Shown one piece after another: positions 40,434 through 53,061 of a stretch of DNA of 64,000 nucleotides. Within the stretch, counting starts at the first letter, position 1. Every line of letters starts with the position of its first letter. The notes beneath the pieces are model-generated. The model worked only from the letters and a program-made list of their open reading frames with translations, ran no database searches and was not told the origin of the DNA. Source of the stretch: Octopus sinensis (Eukaryota); contig NC_043024.1 of NCBI RefSeq assembly GCF_006345805.1, positions 20,026,001 to 20,090,000 on the forward strand, in the 5' to 3' direction. Made by a program: the position numbers and the translations under genes.

Positions 40434-40603
40434 ATATATACGACGGGCTTCTTTTCAGTTTCCGTCTATCAAATCCACTCACAAGGCTTTGGTCGGCCCG
40501 AGGCTATAGTAGAAGACTCCTGCCCAAGGAGCCACGCAGTGGGACTGAATCCGGAACCATGTGGTTGGTAAGCAAGCTACTTGCCACACAGCCACTCCTG
40601 CGC
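40165..40603 (-). mobile_element. SINE family A
   Basis: Full-length similarity to other A copies. Confidence 0.9.
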
Positions 40604-41186
40604 TGTAAAATCGACCTCAACACATATTTTGTTTTTACGGAGAGGTAAACAAAACAACGTAGGCTGCCAAGTAGTGAGGTTCAGAGAAAACAAATACCCA
40701 AAAGCACCCATTAACACGCGAACGCACACACTCATGCTTACTCACACACACACATATACTTACACACGCATGTTCATCCTCTTGATATTTTCAATTTTCA
40801 TTTGTCTCTTTTATAACCCTATATATATTTACATATGCAGCAATAATCATTTACTCAACCCTTCTGTATTTAGTACTTCTCTTTCCAACTATATGTAAAT
40901 TCAAAATAATATACACGTGTTTAAATATATCTATACATAAACTCATATATACATACATATACACCTATATATGTGTACGTATGTGTCTGTGTCTGTTTGT
41001 GTGTGCATATGCTTGTATATGTATATATATACAAATATATATGTGTATACATATGTACATATACATATGTAAAAACATATATAAATACTTGCAGCGTGGA
41101 AGACATACATATATATATATATACACACATATATACAAACATATACATATATATATATATATACGTATACATATATACAAACATGC

Positions 41187-41223
<37 letters not shown>

Positions 41224-41731
41224 CACATACATATATGTATACACACACATATTTATACATACTCACACATGTATTAATTTATACAAATATGGAGGCGTAT
41301 ACACGCTGAGCAGATATTGCCAATACACATACAAAAAACAAGTTATCCCTTTTTGTCCTCCCCACCGTCGACATGTTCTGCTGTCACTAAAGGCAAATAT
41401 GGCATGTCAGGAGAGTAGGTCAGAGAGACGTATGTCTGCCATTCCTATCCAATGCCATTCTCTTTTAAATAAAACCCGCAAGAGGATAGCCTATGAATAC
41501 ACTGAAATTTATCATGATATTCACACAAGCACATCCGCCACACAGACACGCACACACGTGCACAGACATACACATATACATATATATATACATACTTATG
41601 CATTTATATACACATATATACAGATAGACACACATTTACATGTGTGCAGACGCATACATACACACACATATATATAATATATATATATATATATGTACAC
41701 GCTCACACACACGCACACATATATGTATATA

Positions 41732-42022
41732 TATTTCTTTACTACCCACAAGGGGCTAAACACAGAGGGGAGAAACAAGGACAGACAAAGGGATTAAGTC
41801 GACTACAAACATTGACCCCAGTGCGTAACTGGTACTTAATTTATCGACCCCGAAAGGATGAAAGGCAAAGTCGACCTCGGCGGAATTTGAACTCGGAACG
41901 TAACGACAGACGAAATACGGCTACGAATTTCGCCCGGCGTGCTAACGTTTCTACCAGCTCGCCGCCTTTATACGGCTACGAATTTCGCCCGGCGTGCTAA
42001 CGTTTCTACCAGCTCGCCGCCT
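41732..42022 (-). mobile_element. SINE family B with duplicated 5' end
   Basis: 41915-41967 is repeated exactly at 41970-42022. Confidence 0.9.
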
Positions 42023-42107
42023 ATATAGATATGTGTATGTGCATGTGCATATGGATATCTGAATGTACATATGTATATATGTATATAGGAATATATGTAT
42101 ATAGGAA

Positions 42108-42141
<34 letters not shown>

Positions 42142-42159
42142 CAAATTTATATATATATA

Positions 42160-42740
42160 TCAATAATAATAAAGGGTAAAATTAATTAATTAGTAATTAA
42201 TAATTTTACCAAGTAGTTCGGCATGTTAAAAGAACCATTATCGGTAAACCATTATCGGTAAAAATTTCTTATAATTATGAGTATAATTATAATTAGGGTT
42301 CGGCAAAATTTGCTTCATCACATACTGAGATATATAAGTAGCAGTTAAAAACTAGTATTCTACAACAATAAAATATCTCCCAGACAACAATACTCAACAA
42401 CTCACACAGGTAAAGATAAAAAAATAACGAATCTACCCGGCTGTGATTAACTACATACGCGTTTCGGAGTTAGAGATATGTAAAAAAATGTAAAAACATA
42501 CTCCTACTCATTCACTCTCCTCATCAGTACAGTAATTCAAATTTTTAATTTGAGAGCACTGATAATTAATATACGTATTTGACCAAGCGACAAACATACA
42601 TATTTGACCAAACAGCATATTGCAAAGACCAGTACTTCCGAATTGAAGCAGATGAATGAGATCTTGTATTCCTCTTCACTCACCCACGTGTGCCAACAAG
42701 TAAAATTCCGCAGAAACTGTAGTTTACTATCAGGGAGTGA
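42160..42740 (-). mobile_element. Penelope-like terminal repeat remnant; boundaries approximate
   Basis: Contains the canonical hammerhead below; no RT or GIY-YIG sequence recognised. Confidence 0.45.
42450..42533 (-). ncRNA. Type I minimal hammerhead ribozyme, canonical core
   Basis: ACTGTA-CTGATGA-GGAG...CTCC-GAAAC-GCGT-A-TGTAGT: stem I 6 bp (2 GU), stem II GGAG/CTCC, palindromic stem III ACGCGT, GUA triplet. Confidence 0.75.
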
Positions 42741-42937
42741 ATTATATTATCATTGTACTTGAGTACATACACAAACTTTCACATAGTCATTTGAAAGGTG
42801 TTTTCTACAATAGCTACTATAGCCTCGGGCCCACCAAAGCCTTGTAAGTTGATATGGTAACCGGACTCTGAAAGAAACCCTTCGTTTACACACATACACA
42901 CACACACACATAACACACACACCATATATATACACAA

Positions 42938-42990
<53 letters not shown>

Positions 42991-43017
42991 ATATATACAA
43001 ATATATATCTTAAACTT

Positions 43018-43180
43018 GCACTCCGTCGCTTACGAAGATGAGGGTTCAAGGTGATGCGATCAACGGAACAGCTTTCTCGTGAGATTAACGTCTAAGTGGC
43101 TGAGCACTCCACAGACACGCGTACCACTTCACATATTTCTGAGGGAGATTCAGTGTGACACAGAGTGTGACAAGGCTGGC
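43018..43180 (+). mobile_element. Repeat family C fragment
   Basis: Similar to 19209-19398. Confidence 0.65.
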
Positions 43181-43191
43181 TCCATGATGAA

Positions 43192-43420
43192 GGTGACGAG
43201 CTGGCAGAATCGTTAGCACGCCGGGCGAAATGCTTAGCAGTACTTCGTCTGCCGTTACGTTCTGAGTTCAAATTCCGCCGAGGTCGACTTTGCCTTTCAT
43301 CCTTTCGGGGTCGATAAATTAAGTATCAGTAAATCACTGGGGTCGATATAATCAACTTAATCTGTTTGTCTGTCCTTGTTTGTCCCCTCTATGTTTAGCC
43401 TCCTGTGGGCAATAAAGAAA
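43192..43420 (+). mobile_element. SINE family B
   Basis: Full-length copy. Confidence 0.9.
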
Positions 43421-43430
43421 GAAATATATG

Positions 43431-43476
<46 letters not shown>

Positions 43477-43484
43477 ACGTTTAA

Positions 43485-43517
<33 letters not shown>

Positions 43518-43614
43518 CATACACACACACATATGTGTGTTGTGTGTGTATTCGTGTATGTATATATATATATATATGTGTGTGTATGTATTCGTGTATG
43601 TATGTATGTATGTA

Positions 43615-44757
43615 CAGCCATGGTCAGTGATTTTAGCAAACACGATTTTTTTGCTATTTCGTGTGAAATGTCATGTTATTGTTAATGACTTAATATTATT
43701 TTAACAGTTTATCTGTTACCCAATAAGATTTGAAAGAAAAACTGTTGAAAACCAATAGACATTGCAAATAATCATCAGTTTGCGGAATTGGTTATATTTC
43801 CTACAAGTAGAAATCACATTCTTCTTCGTGAGTTCAAGCTGGAATCGCATGCAAACTAACAATTAATAAGCAGAACAGTAAGTAATGTTATATAAGATGT
43901 CAAGAGCCTTTTATGATTGATTTTTAATTAAGGAATGCTGGTTTGGTTTACCTCACAAAATCTTCAAAATTCATTTTATTTTATTGGCACAAGAAAAACG
44001 TCCGTCAGTAATTTCTTTCCACTAGAATGGCATAAGAACACTTGATATTGTGGCGAAAGGCAGTGAACCGGAAAGAACTGTGTACATGATTATAAAATAC
44101 GTTCAAAGAAATAGGCTCTCTGGTGGTGAAGAAGGCCCCTGGTCGTCAACGTCTGTCCTCTGACCGGCAAGACAGGGCTTTGGTGAGAAATTCATTGAGG
44201 AATCGAACTGCCGGCAGCAAAAAGCTTGCTAAAGAGTGGGAAGCAACCGGTGTCAGCGCTTCAGTTCGGATTAGTCGACACCGACTTATTGACAATGGTC
44301 TCGCTTCACGGAATGCTGCAAAGAAAACTTTTTTTTATCCCAGAATAATGTAAATTACAGGCTTGCCTTTGCAGAAAATATAAAAATTGGTCAAGTGAAC
44401 ACTAGGTCAAAGATCGTAAGAAAGCAACAAGGTGAATGCTATGATGAGGCCTGCATCGTGCCCACGTCCAAGCATCTAGAAACCATTCATGTGTGGGGTT
44501 GTTTTTCATTCAAGGGTCTTCGATCACTGTCAGTTTTGCCGAAAACACTTCTATGAATTCCACATGCTCCCAAATTATCCTTGAAAATCATCTTCTTCCA
44601 ACCATTCAGAGACGGTTTGGTGAAGAACCTTGCATTTTCCAACGAGATGGAGTATCTTGTCACACTGCTAAAATGATTAAAAAGAATCTTGGAGATCCAG
44701 GCATTAACACTTTGGGGCCTTGGCCGAAAAATTCTCCAGATTTGAATCCTACTGAAA
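43615..44757 (+). mobile_element. Decayed Tc1-like transposon, truncated after the catalytic E
   Basis: TA-CAGCCATGG left end; KKAPGRQRLSS linker; VWGCFS; CIFQRDGVSCH; WPKNSPDLNPTE. Confidence 0.88.
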
Positions 44758-44760
44758 AGA

Positions 44761-44880
44761 CTGTTACTCGGAGTTTCACGTTCCAGTTCGTCGGACAATT
44801 ATTTTTAGAACTGTCCGACGAACGGAAACGGGAAACTCCGAGTAACAGGTTTTGTGACGTTTTTGCTGCATTTTAATAAA
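44761..44880. mobile_element. Palindromic Penelope-like end with two inverted hammerhead-like motifs
   Basis: 37-bp arms at 44761-44797 and 44812-44848; right arm CTGT-CCGACGA..GAA-ACTC-C-GAGT-A-ACAG. Confidence 0.55.
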
Positions 44881-45083
44881 GTATATATGTAATACATATA
44901 TATATTTATGCATATATATATACATATTCTATTATTATCTTATCTCTTTCGGCCCTAAGGCTCTGGCAATGCTGGGGGCAACACACACACACAAACAAAC
45001 ACACATATATATGCATATATATATATGTGTGCATGTGTATACATGTACATATATATATATATATATAATTAGTTACTTATCTC

Positions 45084-45164
<81 letters not shown>

Positions 45165-46134
45165 CATATGTATATAAATATGTACGTGCATGCGCCTGTA
45201 TGTAAGATTGTTTATGTTTGTCTAATTCTCAAACGCCAGTTAACCCGTAATGGTGTGTTTACCTCCTACATAATCTTTTAGTTCAGCAAAATATAGCAAC
45301 AAAATATTAAAGACTCCTTAATGTAAAAAAAAAACCTTGTTATTCGGTCACTACACTTCAAGGTGGAGCCCCTGACAGGCCGCAGTCCAACAGGTGAAAC
45401 AATTAAAAAAATCAAACCCCAAAACCTACCAAGCATTCTCATGAATGCCCATTACTCCTAAACAGCGTAATTAATTTTCAGTTAAATTTTTTTAATGCTG
45501 CCTGCTTCCAATATGCGTGTTAATTGATCTTCTTCGCTTACGGCGCTGTGTATTGAATGTGTGTATATTGTTTGTTTTTTATATTTGTTTGTTGCCTATT
45601 TTCGATTTTGTTCTCTTGTTTCTTTGCGATCGTTTCAAACTATTAATGATTGCAACAGAACAATAAGTAATAAGGAAGATATAAAGTGCTTAAGACATCG
45701 ATCTGGCAGAATCGTTAGCCCGCCGGACTAAGTGCCTGGGGGCATGTCGTCTGTCTTCGCCTTCTGAGCTCAGATACCACCACTATCATCTTTGTTTTTC
45801 ATCCCTCACAGGGTCGATAAAATAAGGACCAGTTGAAGTCCGTAGTCGATGTATTCGACTTATCCCTCCCCAAATTGCTAGCTTTGCGCCAAAACTTGAA
45901 ACTAATATTTAAAATGTCTTATCAGTCGGCTTTATGACCCCACCAGGCCAAATCGATAAGGGTACGTTAACTGTACTACTAGCACGTCTAATGAGCGTCT
46001 GAGTAGCCCGTCATTTCCCAGACATGTAAACTCTTGAGATGGACCTGAAGCAGAACTTGCAAAACATAAGGTTTGACAAGGTTGTTTTTGAATTTGATTT
46101 TACAACTGGGGTAAAACAATGGGAGTCGATGCTC

Positions 46135-46539
46135 CTTTCCGGTTCACTGCCTTTCGCAACAATATCAGGTGTTGTTAGGCCATTCTGGTGGAAAGAAATT
46201 ATTGACGGACGTTTTTCTTGTACCAATAAAATAAAATAAACTTTGAAGATTTTGTGAGGAAAAAGAGTATCCATTAACAAAAATCAATCATAAAAGGCTC
46301 TTGACATCTTATATAACATTACTTACTGTTCTGGTTATTAATTGTTAGTTTGCATGCGATTCCAACTTGAACTCACGAAGAAGAATGTGATTTCCACTTG
46401 TAGGAAATATAAGCAATTTCGCAAACTGATGATTATTTGCAATGTGTATTGGTTTTCAACAGTTTTTCTTTCAAATCTTATTGGGTAACAGATAAACTGT
46501 TAAAATAATATTAAGCCATTAACATTACATTATTTCACA
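46135..46539 (-). mobile_element. 5' fragment of the same Tc1 family in inverted orientation
   Basis: Reverse complement of about 43662-44075. Confidence 0.88.
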
Positions 46540-46684
46540 TTGCGCATTTTGATAGTCGATCAATTAATTACATTCTTGTTTAAATAGCCTGCAAGCTGCT
46601 CTTCTTTCCATAGATAAGTTCACCCTCATAAGTGTACCTAAGGCAGAAGTCGTAGTACACAGCATGTGACAGGTAAGCGCCGTT

Positions 46685-48075
46685 GGTTTATACATACGAA
46701 ACCTTCAGTGGGCCTTCATGTAGTTCCTGTTTTCAGAACTTCATGGTGAGAACTTAGCTGCTCTGCCACCTGAATTTCCTACACGTGTAATTAGGATGTA
46801 AGCTGTTATTTATTTCGCAGCTAGGTGTACCTCTTAAGATAATCCTGGGCCAGAACTAGGAGTGTTCAATGTATGAAAATGATTAGGTTTTAGATTTACA
46901 CGAAAAAATACTCCGATGGCCTCGATGCCTTTTCCATCTATAGAATTGGATTGGGAAGATTTAGTTGCTCTGTCAATTAAAGTATCTACGTGAATAATTA
47001 ATGAATAATTAGTGTGGTTCCACAAAGATGGATGCTGTTTAGCAAAACCTGAGTTTGATCAGCAGGGAACAGTGATTGGCAATGATGGTTCTTTGAATTA
47101 TAAAGGCCAAAGCCAAAGTTTTTTTATAGAATTTCATAGGAAGATGTACGCAAAGAAAATACAACGTTAATACATTCGATAGATTTCGATATAATTTCCT
47201 TCTATAGAATTCCATGGTAAGAATCCAGCCCTCAGCTAACTGTTTACCCACATATTGACTTATTATGTAAGTTGTCGTGTATTCCACTGGCTTGAGCACC
47301 GTTAGCATAATCCTAAAACCGAAGCAGCTGGATACTGTGTATGAAATGGATGGGTCTTGAATTTATACAGAAAAACCCTCGGATCGGTTTCCATGCAGTT
47401 TCCATCTATTGCATTTCGTCGTGAAAATGTAGTTGCTGTGTCAACTGAAGAACCGACACGATAAATTAATCAATAATTTGCTCTTTACAGCAGAGAGATT
47501 ATTGTATATTGTATCTCTTAAGATTATCCTGTGACACAACGAGCAGGGTTTCATATATGATCAGGATGGGTTTTTTATTTACCTGAACAAACCTCCAATG
47601 GGTTTCTACGTAGCTTCCATCTATGAAATTTTATCGTGAGAATTTTGTCGCTCTGTCAGCTGAACAACCCAGACTATTATTTAGCCCGTAAGTTACTCTT
47701 TATTTCAGAGCAAAGCATACCCCTTAAGATTAACCAACAGCAAAAAAAAAAGAGTCTATGAGCAGGATGGATCTTTGATTTACATGGACAAAACCTCCGA
47801 GGCTGATGAGCTTCGAAGAAATTTCCTTCTATGGGGTATCATTCGGAGAATATAGTTGCGCTGTCAACTGAATTACCTATACGTTTCATTGGTTTGTAAC
47901 CTGATGATTATTTCGTCGATGCGTGTAACTTTAATGAAATCCTCAGGTAGAGCTAACATAATGCAATGCGTGACAAGATCAAAGCTTTAGATTTCAAGCA
48001 CAAATTATCCGATCCACTGTTAGACATTTCCCATCTAAGTATAATTTAATTCGCAAGATTTGACGTGTTTACCTG
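46685..48075. repeat. Degenerate tandem array, about 7 units of ~205-215 bp
   Basis: Anchor TTCC(A/T)TCTAT-like at about 46725, 46932, 47196, 47400, 47615, 47823 and 48029; shared GAGAAT..GTTGCTCTGTCAACTGAA and GATGG..GATTTAC blocks. Confidence 0.75.
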
Positions 48076-48329
48076 ATACTCCACAGTTACATTTGAAAGG
48101 TATACTTCAAAAGTAATCGTCCTGGCTGCTTCAACATTAACGTCAACACATCATTAGCTTTCATCGTTCCAGGATCGAATAAGGAAGTACATATCTTCTA
48201 TTGGGGGTCGACATTAATTGAAACTCCTCAAGGGTGCGCAGGTGTGTGTTAGAGGTTGTATTCCTTTTTCTTTTTTCTACTGAGATTGTTAGTGTAATGG
48301 GATTAGTAGAAGAGGCCTGGAATTGATGA

Positions 48330-49028
48330 ATGACAACAGCACTAGGTACAAAGAAAATTGTCAATAACCACAATAACAACAATGACAGCAACAACACTAC
48401 AAAGAACAGCAAATACTTGTGCATTTTGCGATCACCATCATTCCGGTCGCATAGTCTTTCTAGCGAAGAGAACATTTTCTTCTCATTATCATTTACGATC
48501 CTTTTGCATGTGTATTCGTTTAACGCGGTGTTCTGTGAGAATCTCTCAATAGCAAAATTATTTATAGACGGTGAAAGATGGGAAGTTCTCAATGATATTA
48601 TTCACTGCTATGATGTCCATAACAAACCCGTTGGATGAACCCTAGGACATTTGGGAACATGCATCTGGACAATGAGACCCTAGGTAGAAGAAATCTTTTT
48701 AACCGTCTAGACAGTGCTATTCGAAACAAGTTTTGATGATCCGCTGTCTGTTGATGAGAATTACATGGAGGTATTGTTTTCTCTGGCCTTACACCTGTCA
48801 GAGCATATGAGAAGCGTTTATCTTTACTTAAACTCATTTAAAGTCGTACCTGTCTAGTCTTTTTAGGCTACCTTCAGTTCTTATGAAGATAGCTATATAG
48901 TGTCTGAAAGGCAGTATACTCCCAATGGGCAGTTGGTATTATTTCAGAAGTTACAGTGTATCGTTGGATGTAAAGGGAGACAATGTGGTTGTGTATTTAT
49001 GAGTAAAGCTGGAAAAGACACTTTCTAA
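48330..49028 (+). pseudogene. Possible decayed intronless coding sequence, product unknown
   Basis: One frame of 233 codons with 5 internal stops (1 TGA, 4 TAG, no TAA); hydrophobic signal-like stretch and Cys-rich end; no family recognised. Confidence 0.4.
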
Positions 49029-49438
49029 TTCCCAACACCTAACACTAGCGTTGTGGGAAATTAGTTATTTCTGATACCTATAATGTAATCTTCCTTTCAA
49101 TTAACAAGTTTGCTCTAATATAGTAAGATGCTTACTGATGCTAATTAGAGAAACGTTTCAAAAGTACTCTGGTGTATCACGGTGTATAGCACCTCTTGGA
49201 GAAAACACGGAAGAAACGATTGGATTCTACAGAAGTACCAGAGCAGCAGAAGATTGAATCTAACTTTGGCCAGGATTAAATGAACGATAACACTCAATGT
49301 CCAGCTTGATCACGTATTCTCTATGAGTAGCAACGAGCAATATATATATATATATATACATGCATACGCACACACACATAAGATTTTAGTATATGTCTGA
49401 GCAATTCAAAGTATAATATGCAATAATATATATATATT

Positions 49439-49501
<63 letters not shown>

Positions 49502-50538
49502 ATATATATATGTATATCTTCATATATACCTATCTACTTGTATGTATATGCATACTCACCATATATGTACGTGCATATATATATGCACACATATACAGAC
49601 ATGCACGCAAACACACATATACATATATATATACATATATACATGCATGCATATATATACGTATATATATTTATATATATATATATATATATGCATACAT
49701 ACATACATATATAGATATATATATGTATATATATATATATATCATAGTCGCTGCAGGTGATGGATTTCATGAGTGTACCAATTTAGTCGACTTCTTAAAT
49801 CTACTTTATTGATCTCACCGTAGACTTGATGGCATTTTTAAGGCCAGCAAATTGCTTAGAATTTAGAATATTATCTTCATCTCAAGACAAATACCTAGAG
49901 ACTACCTTTTACAAGCTCCACGTCTCTCCGTATCTCACGCTTTGTTTCTCTTTACTCAAATTACTTCTCCTTCTTTCTCCTTTCCTGTATATCACTCTGT
50001 CTCTCTCTATCTATTTATATCTTTCTATATCTCTCTATTTCTTTTTACAACAATGTATCTATCAATCTAACTATATATTTATATATCTATCTAGCTAGCT
50101 AGCTAGCTATCTAACTAGTCATCCATCTTTCTATCCATTTATCTATATATATATCAATCTATCTATCCATATATCCTCTTATCTATATATCTATCTATCT
50201 ATCATCTATCTGTCTATCTATCTATCTACCTGTTTGTCCATCTCTATATATATTAGTCTGTCTATCTACATGTATATCTGTTTATCTCTTTATCTATCTA
50301 TTTATCGATCTGCCTATATACATACATACATATATATATACATATATATATACATGCATACAAACGCACACAGATGCACATCTATAAAAATATATAAAGG
50401 TATAAAGATAGTAAAATAGTTAGATACATACATATATATATATAGATAGATAGATATATGATAAATGGATATATATATACATACATACATATATATATTT
50501 ATAGATGGGCATGCCTGTGCATTTGTATGCATATACAT

Positions 50539-50599
<61 letters not shown>

Positions 50600-51135
50600 C
50601 GTATGTATGTGCGTATATATATATATATCTGCATGTATATAAATGCATCTTGGCCCGTTCTCTCTCGCTCGCTACTATTCGCCTCTTTTGCATTATCCTC
50701 CATTTTCTCTCTCTTTCGGTATTTTTCCTTGTTTTGTTGTTGTTTTTTCTCGTTTAATTCTTTCTTTGTTTTCCTCTTTTCTTTTGTCTTTTGGTCTATT
50801 TTCGTCCTCTCTAACTTATTACTTATCTCCCCATCAATTTCTCTCTCTTTCTCTCTCACTCTCTCTTTATTTCTCTTTATCTTTCCTCCTCTCTCCGTTA
50901 GGCATCCTCTCATTTTATCTCCCTCTCTCCTTCAGTTGCCATCTCTTTTCCTAACTCTTTCTCACTTTCCTTCTCTCTCCATTCAAATTTAGATCTACGA
51001 GGTGAACATTAAGTAGTCTTTTGAAAATGCAGCGCAAGAACCACTTATTCACACACCCACCCACACATACACACACACACACATATATACACACATCCAT
51101 ATAATATATATATACACACATATATACACACATCC

Positions 51136-51166
<31 letters not shown>

Positions 51167-51496
51167 GGTGTGTCTGTATCGAAATGTATATATATATATA
51201 CATATATGTATATGTATGTATGTATATATATATATATTTATATATACATATATATATATATATGTGTGTGTTTGTGTGCATGTGTGTGCTTACATATATA
51301 TATGCCACATATATATACACACATTATATACAGACATTATACGCTACATGTACGAGCATAAGTTCATATGTACGTATATACATTTATAGTTTTATATATA
51401 CATACATACATATATATACATATACATAGGCATACATGCATAAATACATTCATAAACACACACATACACACAGACATATATATATATAATATATAT

Positions 51497-51529
<33 letters not shown>

Positions 51530-52138
51530 GCATATATATATATATATATATATATATAGTATATATAATGCACGAGTTTTTTTAACTCTTTCCCCTGGTG
51601 GCTTTTGGACTACATTTCTGATATATATATAATCTTTTTCTATGCTTCTATCGATATCGTTTCCAAGCATTTTCGTTTATATGATCTTTTAACGGATTTA
51701 CCTATTTACCTCGCTATCCAACCATTTGCATATCTCTATCCACACCTCTGTCAACTTATTCCTCCATTTCTCTATTCTTCTTCACCAGTGCTATCATTCT
51801 CTCAAGCCGTTTATTTATCATCTCTGTTTTTTTATGGATTTCTGTTCTTTAATTTTTTTTTAGTTGTTCCTGTAATTGGACTGCAGCCATTCGGGAGCAC
51901 CAACTGGAAGTGTTATTGTCGAATAAATCGCCCCAAGCACTTGGAGTGTTTTTCTTTTTGTTTGATTTTTTAATTTAATCTTGTACTTACTTTCGGGACC
52001 TCCTTTGCTAAACCGCTATGCTACGAGTATGTAAACAACCAAGCGATGAAGTGCAGGACAAACCGAAGCACACAGTTTATGAAAGGGTTTGCAAGTCTAT
52101 TACGGGTCTGAAGAGACATATAGCAGTATATTAATATC

Positions 52139-52542
52139 TATTTCTTTACTGCCCACAAGGGGCTAAACACAGAAGGGATAAACAAGGACAGACATACAGA
52201 TTAAGTCGATTACATCGACCCCCCAGTGCTTAACTGGTACTTATTTAATCGACCACGAAAGTTGACCTCGGCGGAATTTGAACTCAGAACGCAACGGCAG
52301 ACGAAATACCTATTTCTTAATTACCCACAAGGGGCTAAACACAGAGAGGACAAACAAGGACAGACATAGGTATTAAGTCGATTACATCGACCCCAGTGCT
52401 AACTGGTACTTATTTAATCGACCCCGAAAGGAGGAAAGGCAAAGTCGACCTCGGCGGAATTTGAACTCAGAACACAACGGCAGAGGAAATAAAGCTAAGC
52501 ATTTCTCCCAGCGTGCTAACGCTTCTGCCGGCTCGCCGCCTT
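52139..52542 (-). mobile_element. SINE family B head-to-tail dimer with 14-bp TSD
   Basis: AGTATATTAATATC at 52125-52138 and 52543-52556; internal junction at 52310/52311. Confidence 0.9.
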
Positions 52543-52612
52543 AGTATATTAATATCATGACGCAGAAGGTGATGCGATATCTCCAAGGGAAGTTACAGCT
52601 TCCGTGCCTTAC

Positions 52613-52642
52613 CTATAAGGGGATGCTGCAAGTTTCCTGGCT
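52613..52642 (-). CDS. Candidate 30-nt internal exon (phase 2-2, ARKLAASPY)
   Basis: Long polypyrimidine tract then CAG acceptor; TAG|GTAAGG donor; phase matches the 55.3-kb exon; no homology recognised. Confidence 0.3.
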   Translation of the reverse strand, partial: SQETCSIPL

Positions 52643-53016
52643 CTGGGTAAAAGAAAAAAAACAGGAGGCCCAGTTAATTGTGATTTTATTGAACATTTTC
52701 CCCTTTCAGATTCATATACTTATTGCAGAGGTCCTTTTTTACTAAAGCTTTTTAAAGAATTTGGACCTTTGGGCCTCCAACTATGCCTTTCACCGTATCC
52801 TTACAACCAGGAACTTTTCAGCCCCACCCGTCTCTCCGAGCTTCAAATCTTGCACACTGAATAGTCATCTGAGAAGTCATGTGGAGATATATATATATAT
52901 ATATATAAATATACACACACACACACACATATATATTATATATATATATATATAATATATATATATATTATATATATATATATGTGGTGTATATATATAT
53001 ATTATATATATGTATA

Positions 53017-53061
<45 letters not shown>

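Noticed and set aside
46790-47710. 21-23-nt GTAAG..CAG segments as mini-introns from a parasite such as a dicyemid
   Set aside because: Removing them does not restore a reading frame; stops follow immediately.
48161-48592. 143-aa minus-strand ORF with a transmembrane-like stretch
   Set aside because: The hydrophobic run comes from an AAC-type low-complexity tract; no homology; overlaps the plus-strand relic.
48850-48903. Phase 2-2 minus-strand exon candidate (HYIAIFIRTEGSLKRLD)
   Set aside because: Splice signals are plausible, but the frame is the exact antisense register of the plus-strand pseudo-ORF, so its openness is not independent evidence.
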